A model generated the notes under the pieces. That model worked only from the letters and a program-made list of their open reading frames with translations, did no database searches and was not told where the DNA came from. A stretch of 64,000 nucleotides of DNA from Lytechinus pictus (taxonomy: Eukaryota), in the NCBI RefSeq assembly GCF_037042905.1, contig NC_087245.1, positions 31,622,001-31,686,000 of the forward strand, read 5' to 3'. Position numbers and translations under genes: made by a program. The first letter of the stretch is position 1. The number at the start of each line of letters is the position of its first letter. Of this stretch, positions 26,269 to 36,903 are shown in pieces.

Positions 26269-27421
26269 GTCCCCATCCTACAAAGAGCTGTGTTTGATCT
26301 AATCATCTTGAACCTCATCAATATGGAAATCCCATCTTTGTCATCATTTTTCCTCCCTGAAATTTGGGAAATGTTAAATTCCTTGAAAATGGAAGCGCAC
26401 CAAATTGTCAAGTCAACGATGAAGCGATGAACGTATGAGTATACACCATGTCTAGAAAACATTTAGAACAAAAATGCATTTTAGATGTTCGCGTTGCTGG
26501 CTTTCATACTTGTGGTTATAAATCGCAACGATTTGTAAGACGGGCCCTGTGCTCCATACCATAGGATTGGTCTGGGAGCTGATAGTCCGATTGACCATAC
26601 ACAATGATTATGCAATCATTGAATCCAGGACCAATAAGTGCTAAATTTTATGTCACGGGACACTTGGAGAGAAAAAAAAGACTCCAAAGAAGTTGGGCAT
26701 GGGCGATGACTCGAAAAGCCGGTCACACCAATAACATCAAAAGAATGAGTTGAGATAGACCTGCGTAGTTCAGTGGATTCTGACTCCGATTATTCTCATT
26801 TAAAGTGTATAACTAAGAAATGACGTGGAAGCTTTAAAGTGCCATTCTGCCAGACGAGATGGTGAGATAGTTTATCTTGTCAAGTTATACCTTACCTGGC
26901 AAAATATCTTGCAAAGGCCATTATGAGAAATGGCGACTGAAAGATATCTTGCCAAGTTGTCACGGCAACCTGTATCTTTCAAAGACTTGACTTGGTAATA
27001 TAACTTATGTGACGTTCTCGACAAACAAAGTGAATAATTTGCTACGAGTATATGAAACCGTGTAGGTCAAAGTTGGACGGTGGAAAACAACTGCTCGGTG
27101 TCATATTCTTACTGTTCTTATAGACATACCGTCCTCATTTTGAAAGGTTTTTTGTGGTGTTTAGCGGCCTTGTACATAGAGTTGACTCTGGTGCTAATTT
27201 ATTGATTTGGTTCAACACCCAAACAGTCTGTGGAGTTGTGTTTGATTTCTAGGGTGTATGTTAAAACATGAGCTGAGGGTCTGGTCCTGGATCTAGGGAC
27301 AACACTGGTGTCTGTTTTAATATTTTGGGGTGTTTTTTTACCGCACAATCAACATTGCTTCTTAGGTCTTCTTGTAGACACTATTTTTTCCTGAATATTT
27401 CTTCATTTTTTTTCTATCCAG

Positions 27422-27694
27422 GGTGCGGCCCAGAATGACACAAACATGACAACAACAGAACTTACCACCACCGTCGTGACGACTGAATTGCCTGAAGTCA
27501 CAACCGACCTAATAACCACACTGACTACAGAGGAGAGTAAAGATAATGGTCTCGACAAATGGATCTATGGTGTAATAGCAGCTGGTATAGTGCTCCTAAT
27601 AGCAATCATAATTATCATAATATGCATCAGGAAGAACTGTAGCAGCAGAGAGAAATGTTGTTGCTGCTGCAGAGCGTCCCAACCATCGCCAGTC
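27422..27694 (+). CDS. Transmembrane adaptor-like protein, coding exon A (Thr-rich ectodomain, TM helix, Cys cluster)
   Basis: Polypyrimidine tract and CAG acceptor ending 27421. Reads GAAQNDTNMTTTELTTT...KWIYGVIAAGIVLLIAIIIIIICIRKNCSSREKCCCCCRASQPSPV. Donor GTAAGT at 27695. 273 nt, phase 0/0. ATG at 27446 in AAACATG context; an upstream signal-peptide exon is possible but was not found. Confidence 0.85.
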
Positions 27695-28411
27695 GTAAGT
27701 TCTCGAATCAAATGTGATTTTGATATGCTCAGAAATTCATGTTGTAAGGTCAAAGGTCATATGAGGTCAACATTAAATTTGACCTGCAATACGCTGACCA
27801 TACATCACAGGGTACATTGTGCTGCGGTCACAGCCAAACTTGAATAATGGATGTACTTTGGACAGATTTTTGTTATGGTGCCTTTAGTTAAGAGGTCACA
27901 TGTTCAGGCCTTAGGCCATCAAAGCCAAAGTTCATTTCAGGTCAAATGTTTGACAAAGTGTATTTGATTGCAAGTCTCTTTTATAAAAGATATTTTGCTA
28001 AGAAAAACAAAATCAAACTCTTGATCCATATCCTGCACTGATGGGATTACATTTGTGTTAGAGTGCCATTAGAGGTCACATGGTGAGGTCAAAGGTCATC
28101 TTAAGGTCATATGATCTCTGACCCAGTAACCCTGCTGAAAGCAAACTTGAATGTAGCTGACTAAAAAAAGGTCTCTTGGTTTCTATTTTCGCAGTTGCTT
28201 GGCCAAGAAATAGCTATAACGCCTTTCTAGAATAGATGATGTAATTATCCTCGCACAACTCATTTTATTGGACATGTATATCTTAATGTTTAAAGTGTCA
28301 ATAATGATATATATCCACAAATCTACCAAAAGGCAGGGAAATAATATCTACTTGCATCTTATCAAAAGAAACATTTCCATTTTATTTTCTCTCTTCATTT
28401 GTGATTTACAG

Positions 28412-28438
28412 GATAAGGATTTCACCCAACCAGATAAT
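28412..28438 (+). CDS. Same gene, 27-nt microexon B (DKDFTQPDN)
   Basis: Pyrimidine tract, TTTACAG acceptor and GTGAGT donor at 28439. Phase 0/0, open in frame. Confidence 0.7.
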
Positions 28439-28962
28439 GTGAGTTAAATCTTCACTCTTTAATTTTTGTATATATCAACACACTGTTTGACGATTCAGAA
28501 ATTTTTAACTAAGATTCAGTTTCGTAAAAAACATACAACATATACATGTAATAGCCATGCATAATTACTAAATGGCTGCCTTGATGAATGAAGGAATGAA
28601 TAAATAAACGAATAAATTGATATGATGAATATGTTTAAACGTAATGGTAAAAAAAAGGAGAAAAATAGAGTGATTTTCTTTAAAATGATGTAGACTACAA
28701 ACTCCATAATGTGAAACAGAGTTCAATCAAATCAGAGTTATTCTATTTTACAATCAAGATAGGGAGGCCTAATGTGCTTTAACTGGCAGTTTGTAAATGC
28801 TTATTATTTTGTAAACAGAATATTGTCTCTCTGCCTCCCCCCTCTCTGTATATATATTACATATATATTTCTCTATATATATATCCTCCCTATTCCTATA
28901 TGCCTTGCTTTTACTCCCTCTTTTCCAATCATTTTTCATGAATATTTCTTTCTATCTTATAG

Positions 28963-29016
28963 TCTAGTCACGGTGTGAATACAAGATTTAATGGAGGAAA
29001 CCCCAATAATTTTCAG
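28963..29016 (+). CDS. Same gene, 54-nt exon C (SSHGVNTRFNGGNPNNFQ)
   Basis: Long pyrimidine tract, TATAG acceptor and CAG|GTGAGG donor. Phase 0/0, open in frame. Confidence 0.7.
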
Positions 29017-29392
29017 GTGAGGTATCATAACTGTATATCATTGATGATCCCCACTTTGCTGTCAGAATCTGTGTTAGTATCACTTAGACACTAACACAAA
29101 CTTGAGTACGAAACTTGTAGCATGGTGTGCAACCTGTGAGAGAACAAGCAAAAAGTGCAGGTCATAAATTGATGATTTCTATAAAAATTATTGATTTTGT
29201 GATAGATTTGGCATGTAAATCTTAAGTCAGCATGCTGCCAATGAAGACCTGAAAATTGTATAGAATCCATGAAATACCATTTTTGTAAAAATTGTTGGTG
29301 CACCTCTGCACCAACCTCCAAAACACCCACCGGTAAGCCAGTCCTTTCAAGTTTACACATCTTACGCTTCTTTTTTCCTTCTCTTATGACAG

Positions 29393-29774
29393 GGTGACAC
29401 GCAAATTGAAATGGATCCTCGACAAACTGGCATAGATGACCCTATATATGTAAACACCCCAATCCCAGCATTCGAGGCCCAAGGGAATCCTGGTTACTCC
29501 CACTCGCCACCGGAGTCACCCCTGGATGATGAGATGCCCAATCTTCCTCCGCCGTCTCCCCCTCGAGGAGCAGCTAGCTTCCCCATGGACACCCATCACC
29601 CAACCGGAGGCATCCCATCTCCTTTCATAGCCTTGCCAACCTCCCCTCTAGATGAATTCCCTGATAGATCTCCTCCAGCAATACCTCACCAAGGATCAAC
29701 GGACATCAAGGCAGAACTTAATAATAAACCGAAAAAGAAGGATAAGAGGAAGAAGAGCAAGCCCAAAGCACCAG
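29393..29774 (+). CDS. Same gene, exon D (YVNT motif, Pro-rich, basic stretch)
   Basis: Pyrimidine tract and GACAG acceptor; in frame with ORF 29411-29782. Ends at CAG|GCAAGT (GC donor, phase 1), which matches the phase-1 acceptor at 36903. Confidence 0.8.
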
Positions 29775-29984
29775 GCAAGTAGCCATTTTTTTAAAACCAG
29801 TTTAATACTGTAATTCCCTTAAACTTTGTACAGGTACCACCTGATTCTAGATGGCAGCGGGTTAAGATGTTACATTTCAATTCTCAGATATCTGGACATC
29901 ACAATTTCATTTATTCATTATTTGATTTTTTTAATTGTTTTAATGATATCTATCTTTAGTTCTCACATACTAACAATGTTTTAT

Positions 29985-31553
29985 CTAGTGATAAAACTCC
30001 TCTACAAATGGCAAATGATTTGAACTCCTTCTTCGCTAGTATTTGCACCCAATTACCCCCATTGGACTTGTCAAAATTACCTGCATATCTTCCCGCGATG
30101 TTCCCCCCACCTTTGATAAAGGTGCATGAAGTTTATGCTCGTCTCAAACGCCTCAATGCTTCAAAGGCAACGCAACCTAATGACATCCCTATTAGACTGA
30201 TTAAGGAATTTGCATTGGAACTTTCTTCACCCCTCACTAAAATCTACAACGATTGTCTACGTTCTGGTTATTTTCCCTTGATTTGGAAGAATGCTTCAGT
30301 TTGTCCCGTCCCGAAAGTTCCCAATGTGAGTGATTTCTCTCAACTAAGACCGATCTCAGTAACGCCAGCTTTCGCAAGGATCTTTGAAAGTTTCCTAGCT
30401 GAATGGCTTACTTCAGACCTTGGACATCGCATGGATTGTTCACAGTTTGGCAACTTGAAAGGTAGTTCCATCAATCATTACCTTGTGAGCTTGTTAGATG
30501 TCCTCCAGCGCAATCTTGATAAGCAAGGGCACTATGCAAATCTATGTGCTGTTGATTTTATGAAGGCCTTCGATCTCATAAATCACACATTAGCTATCCA
30601 GAAGCTGATTGGTTCTGATGTGGATACCTCTATTCTTCCAACGGTCTGCAGCTTCCTGACTCATCGCTCTCAAGCAGTGCATTATCAAGGAAAGACTTCA
30701 AGTGCTCTGGACCTCACTTGCGGAGTCCCCCAAGGGACAAAGTTGGGTCCTGTCAATTTTCTTGCCATGATCAACGATGCCGCTTTGACCACTAATAATC
30801 GTTGAAAATACGTGGATGACCCGAGTCTTCTTGAAGTTGTTCGGAAGAACCAAATTGGTGCCATGCAGAGCCATATTGATGCCCAGAGCGATTGGTGTGT
30901 TGAAAACGATGAAATTGAAACCTGAGAAATGTAAGGCTATGCAGTTCAGCTTCATGAAATCTCCCCCTCCTAAAGAGCCTCTTCATATCAATGATTGCCG
31001 TCTGGAATGGGTGGAATCCTTGGTGTTACTTGGAATCACAATCCAGTCGAATCTTAAGTTTGATCGTCAGGTTGAGCTCATGATCTCTCGTACAGCGCGG
31101 CGTTTTTATATTCTTAATGTTCTTAAGAAGCATGGTGCAAGTGTAGATGATTTGGTGACCATCTTCAAAGTCTACATTCGCCCACTTTTAGAATTTGGAT
31201 CACCAGTTTGGAGTTCGAGTCTTACTGCGTTCCAGGTGGAAGAACTAGAACGTGTTCAAAAGCGAGCTCTACGCTGCATTGCATTCCCGAATGTTCTACC
31301 TTATTTCGATCAGCTTACGTTGTACGGACTAAAAACTCTCAAAGAACGTAGAGATGACCTCCTGCTTCGTTTTGGACTTGGGTTACTAAAATCTGAGCGT
31401 CATCGAGATATGCTCCCCCCTACCAGAAGATCTCAGTCCCGCTCGAATGTCCAGCTCCGGAACTCTGAATGCTTGGACATACCATTTGGCAGAACTTGAA
31501 GATACAAGCAATCCGCGATACCACTTATTGTATCTATATTGAATTCACAATGA
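29985..31553 (+). pseudogene. 5'-truncated non-LTR retrotransposon (CR1/L2 group) reverse transcriptase, inactivated
   Basis: RT motifs QFG, DFMKAFDLINH, GVPQGTKLGP and R*KYVDD (stop at 30803-30805). Frameshift near 30908. C-terminal GRT*RYKQSAIP, then final stop at 31551-31553. Confidence 0.92.
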
Positions 31554-32464
31554 TTGTATTGATTTTGTTGTATTTTTTATATTATCACAAACCTTGCTCA
31601 ATTCCTTTATTTTTACTTTCCTTTTTTTTCCCTTTTCTGATCTTTCTTTTCCACTTTTTTTATCCTTTCTTACCCCCTTCTTTCTTCACTTTCCTCTTTT
31701 ACTTTACCTCAAGCGTGTAAATGAGCTTACTGTGATTTTGATTTTGTGCAATATTGAAAGCTTGTTACTGCCATATTTTACCTTGTTAATATTTGAAATT
31801 GTAATGTTTTCTGAACCGGTTTTTATTCCCCGGCAATCCGGTGATTTGCACAATTTTTATTTTTTGGATCAAATGAATGTAACAGTTAACTCTAATGTAT
31901 GTATATACTCAATTTTAATTCGTGCCAAGGCCCATCTTTCTTGCCTTTATCTCATCGACCACACATTTCACCTTTTTTTTCTCTTCATTGACGTATTCTT
32001 GGCATTTTTTTAAATCACTTACTGCTATATTTTTACAAGGTTTTAACCAGCTTTGCGTCCATATTTTCTTACTATTTTTACCCCTTCTGTTGGTCTTCTT
32101 TTCCATATCTTGCCTTCATCTGCCCCTCCTTTACCTTTCCTTTCTGTTTCTTTCCTCCCACTCTTTTCCCTTATCACTCTTTTTTCATCATTCATCCTAT
32201 CCCATCCTCTCTTTTTTTTTTCTTTCTCTTCCTTTTCTCATTTGCTTTTATATTTATGATTCCCATAACATTGGTTTCCTCTCCCTTTCTCTGTTTCCCC
32301 TTTATTTTTGTCCCCGTACTACTTGGTTATACTGTACATGTAATATAGCATTTAATGCCCTAGTTGCGCTCTGTTCGAATTACACTTTCACACTTCTTGA
32401 CGTTTGTACATGCTTCTTTGATCAATATGTTTCTTTTTAAAGTTTCTTTTTTTTCTTTTGGTAT

Positions 32465-35400
32465 TAGTATCCCTAAATTAGACCACAAAAGAGCCAATCT
32501 GGAATAAAATTATTGGAAATGGTTTTTTGACTGATTTGAGTAGGTATGGGTGTCAACATTTACCAAAAAAAAGTTAGGAGGAATACGGGTTGGGGAAAGT
32601 GCTTTTTTCAAGGTCAAAGGTCAATTACCTTTTTGTATATACTGTATAATGGTATCTCTGAGATGGAAAGGCACAGGTTGGTGATAATGGTGTCAAAATG
32701 CACAAATTCTTACCAGAATATCAAATAGAATAAAATTAATTACCTAGAATGCACATTTACCTATAAAATTCAAGGTCAAAGCCTTTCAAAAGGTCAATTA
32801 CCTTTTTACATTATATATCATACCGTATAATGGTATCTCTGAGATGATAAGGTACGTGATGGTGATCATGGTGTCAAAATGTACAGATTCTTACAAGAAG
32901 ATCAAATAAAATAAACTTAAGTACCTAGAATGCACATTCACCAATAAAATTCAAGGTCAAAGCTTTTCAAAGGTCAATGATCTATTTACATTATATACCA
33001 TACTGTATAATGGTATCTCTGAGCTGAAAAAGCACAGGTTGGTGATCATGGTGTCAAAATGCACAGATTCTTACTAGAAGATCAAATATAATAAAATTAA
33101 GTACCTAGAATTCACATTCATGCGTAAAATCTAAGGCCAAAAGTCAATGACCTTTTACACTACATGTATATATACCACATTATATAATTGTATCTCTAAG
33201 ATAAAACGGCGCAGGTTGGTGTTCTTGGTGTCAAAACACACATATTCTTACAGGAAGATAAAATAAAATTAAGCATCGAGAATGCACATTCACCCATAAA
33301 ATTCAAGGACAAAGGTCAATGTCCTTTTTAACATTAGATAATAATAATGGTATCTCTGAGATAAAACACCGCAGGTTGGTGATCTTGGTGCCAAAATGCA
33401 AAGACTTGTACAAGACAATTAAACAACACTAAAATAAGTATAAAGAATAAACTTTCACCCTTGAAATCCTACATCAGAGGAAATATATAATCTATATCAC
33501 ATAAAAATAACCCCAAAAAAATGTTTGTGTTCATATTTTATTTCTGAATAACGTAAATAACCATGGCTAATTTGTAATGAAAACATGGAGGTTTCATAAT
33601 TTCGGTCTGAAATAATGAAGGCCATGGAGAATGTATTTAGGGGTCAGATGTCAATGAGCCCTTTCCAAAATATCAGTGGAAATTTAAAAAATGTTGATAA
33701 CCAAATAACACTTTTTCATATACTGCGATGCATTGCCAAAAGCACTGAAAAAATAAATAAAATCAAGTATATAATTTGAAATGATTTTTATTTTAAGTAG
33801 CAGCATTTAATGCATCATTATATCTAAATCAAGGTTGTCATGTCTTTTCTCTCCAGCGATAGGCCACTCACCTCAATTCTATAATAAATACTATAAACTA
33901 TTAGCTTAATCTTTTGAAAATGGATAGGATAGGTCTAACTCTCATGTCACAGCTAGCATCATCTGAGAGCATTTCCAAACAGCAGAGGGATGATGATGAT
34001 GATGAAATGAAGGCCATCATTAGAGCTGCAGCTTCTGCCATACATGTAGTAAATTACATATATATCAACTTCAACAAAGGTGAATTCCCGTATTATTATT
34101 CATTACCTTTCATCAGTTCATTGCGAACTGCCAGAATCTCTTGTGATGCTAATGTTGCAGGAGAAAACTTCATATCTGCTCTCTCCCGTACGTCACCCAT
34201 GATGCTATTTCTACTAGATATTAGTATGTACAAGGATCATGTTTTTGGTCCAGAACAACTGATTGCTATCATGCACAAATTAGGCATATAACAATGAAAT
34301 TCAAAAGGAGATAATAGCTTACAAGTACACATCCATCGACCTAACAAAAGTCCTACAGCACCACTTCCAGTTCTTGAGAATCAAGCTGTGCAACATATCA
34401 GTCATAATATAGATCCTGGTCTGATATCCCTTGACAGAACGTAAGGCTTTCATTGAATGGGCCAGATAAAAGTCTTGAAAATGTCAGAAGGTTTTCAAGA
34501 GTTCAATTACTCTTTGCTGAAGTTGAGACACTTAACTTCATCTATGACAAATTAGCTGCAGCTCTAATGATTGCCTTATTTTAATTCTTCGTCATTGTCC
34601 CTGGCTATATGAAAATGTTATCGGATGATGCTTGCCCTAAGAGTTAGGCCTATCCTTTCCATTTACAGATTAAGTTATAGTATATATATATATATATATA
34701 GTATTGATTGTAGCATTTGAGGTTAGTGACCTATTGCTACAGAGAAATTAGTACCTTGATTTAGATTTATAAAATGCATATCTAAATGCTACTACTTTAG
34801 GTAACTTCACCATTGTCACCATTTCAAATTATATCACACATGATTTTTTTACACTTTTGTCAATCCATTACAGTATATTATAAGAAAAAGTGCTATTTGA
34901 TCCAATTTTACCTCGGACTTGTATTTTGACATCATAATTGGTCAAGGATTCAACTATTAAATTTGTGTTCTTTTTCCATGCGGGTCAGTCTTTTTTCCAT
35001 CAGAATCACTATACCTACAATACATGCCACAATCACGTTATATCGACCTATTTACTTAAATTCCCTGACGTTATTGACATAGTTGATTGACCTTTAACTC
35101 CTAAATATATTTTCCATGGCCATTTTTTATCCTTATTTCAGAATGAAATTATTTAATAGACTTCCAATGTTTTCATTACAAATAGTTATCTTTCTTTCTA
35201 TTATTTACAAATAAAATGTGAATATAATGGATTAATTTCTTTTTTGGGGGGAATCATGCATGGATATATAAATATCTATCAACTTTTGACCTTTGACTTT
35301 GGATATTGGATTATTCTGTATGATTACTTTGAGTCTTTTTTATCTTCTTGCAAAAATTGCTTTTTGCCATCAAAATCACCAACATGCAGCGTTTTATCTC

Positions 35401-36306
35401 AGAGATACCTTTATATGATATATAGCCTATGTAAAAAGGTTATTGACCTTTGACCTTGAACTTTATGGATTAATATGCATTCTAGGTGATTAACTTTATC
35501 TTATGTGACCTTCCTGTAAGAATCTGGGCATTTTGATACAACGATCACCAACCTGTGCCGTTTCATCTCAGAGATACTATTATACAGTACGATACATAAT
35601 GTTAAAAAAGGTCATTGACCTTTGAAAGGCTTTGACCTTGAATTTTATTGTTTAATGTGCATTCTGGGTACTTAATTCTATTTAATTTGATCTTCCTGTA
35701 AGAACCTCTGCATTTTGACACCAAGATCACCAACCTGCACCTTTTCATCTCAGAGATACCATTATACCGTATATGGTATACAATGTAAAAAAAAAGGTAA
35801 TTGAGCTTTGAAAGGCTTTGACCTTGAATTTCATTGGTGAATGAGCATTGTAGGTACTTGATTTGATTATATTTGATATTTCTGTAAGAACCTCTGCATT
35901 TTGAGACCAAGATCACCAACCTGCACCTTTTCATCTCAGAGATACCATTATACCGTATATGGTATATAATGTAAAAAAGGTCATTGAACTTTGAAAGGCT
36001 TTGACCTTGAATTTCATGGGTGAATGAGCATTGTAGGTACTTGATTTTATTTTATTTGATCTTCTTGTAAGAATCTGTGCATTTTGACACAATGATCACC
36101 AACCTGTAATATTTTATCTGGGAGATACCATGATACAGTATATTTAAAAAGGTCATTGACCTTTGACCTTGAAAAAAAGCACTTTCCCCAACCCGTATTC
36201 CTCCTAACTTTTTTTTGGTAAATGTTGACACCCATACCTACTCAAATCAGTCAAAAAACCATTTCCAATAATTTTATTCCAGTTGGTTACTAATTACGGG
36301 ATACTA
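32465..36306. mobile_element. Non-autonomous Academ-type DNA transposon with about 1.5 kb inverted arms
   Basis: Termini TAGTATCCC...GGGATACTA with 3-bp TSD TAT (32462-32464, 36307-36309). Arms about 32465-33942 and 34640-36306, each containing ~180-bp tandem units. Transposase-like remnant in the centre. Confidence 0.8.
33990..34462 (+). pseudogene. Degenerate Academ-like transposase fragments
   Basis: HVFGPEQLIAIMHKLG and VQHISHNIDPGLISLDRT*GFH*MG resemble the HxFGSxxLIxxLHxLG and QxxxDNxDxxxxTLDGxxTFHGMG motifs I recall for Academ transposases. Contains stops and frame changes. Confidence 0.6.
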
Positions 36307-36903
36307 TATATCTTTTATGATTGTGTAATATGATTATCGGTTGGTTGTAATTTTTTGCTTTTATTTCATCTTTATAATATTGTAATTTGCCTTTGTTTAT
36401 ACTGTGCACTGGATTTTTCAGTCTTTGGACTGTTTTGCCAGTTTTCTTATTGAATAAATACCATACTACTACTACTACTACTTTCTATGAGTTTGTGAAA
36501 TATGAATCGCGTGATAAATTGAAGAATTTTTCCAGCAAGACAATCACAATGGGTATATTGGTGTTTTGCTGACCTTGCTGAAGTTAGCAGCTCTGAACTA
36601 CAGTCTCAACTAACCATCTTTGGGGTGGGGATGGGTTCTTGCAATGCAAAATTATGCCAGGGAATATTAAAAATGTGCAAACCAGACAAACGTGATGCAA
36701 TTCAAGTTTAGTCTGTCTTCTTGTGTAAAATTTAGCAATTTGGATAAATGCCTTAAGAAACTGATTATTTTCATTAATATATCAAGGATCCTTCAGAAGT
36801 GTGTAGTAAATTTTTCATACAATTATCAATCCCTATATGATCTTTAGTCAGTTTTGATATCTTAGTATTTCAAATGTATCATCTCCTTTGTTAATCTTTG
36901 CAG

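Larger units (their letters stand above)
29985..36482 (+). mobile_element. Full LINE remnant including T-rich 3' UTR (split by the Academ element), AATAAA and (CTA)n tail
   Basis: T-rich sequence 31554-32464 resumes at 36307, then AATAAA at 36453-36458 and a (CTA)n tail at about 36464-36482. Confidence 0.65.

Noticed and set aside
31594..32440. Hydrophobic ORFs downstream of the LINE RT
   Set aside because: T-rich LINE 3' UTR producing F/L-rich spurious translations.
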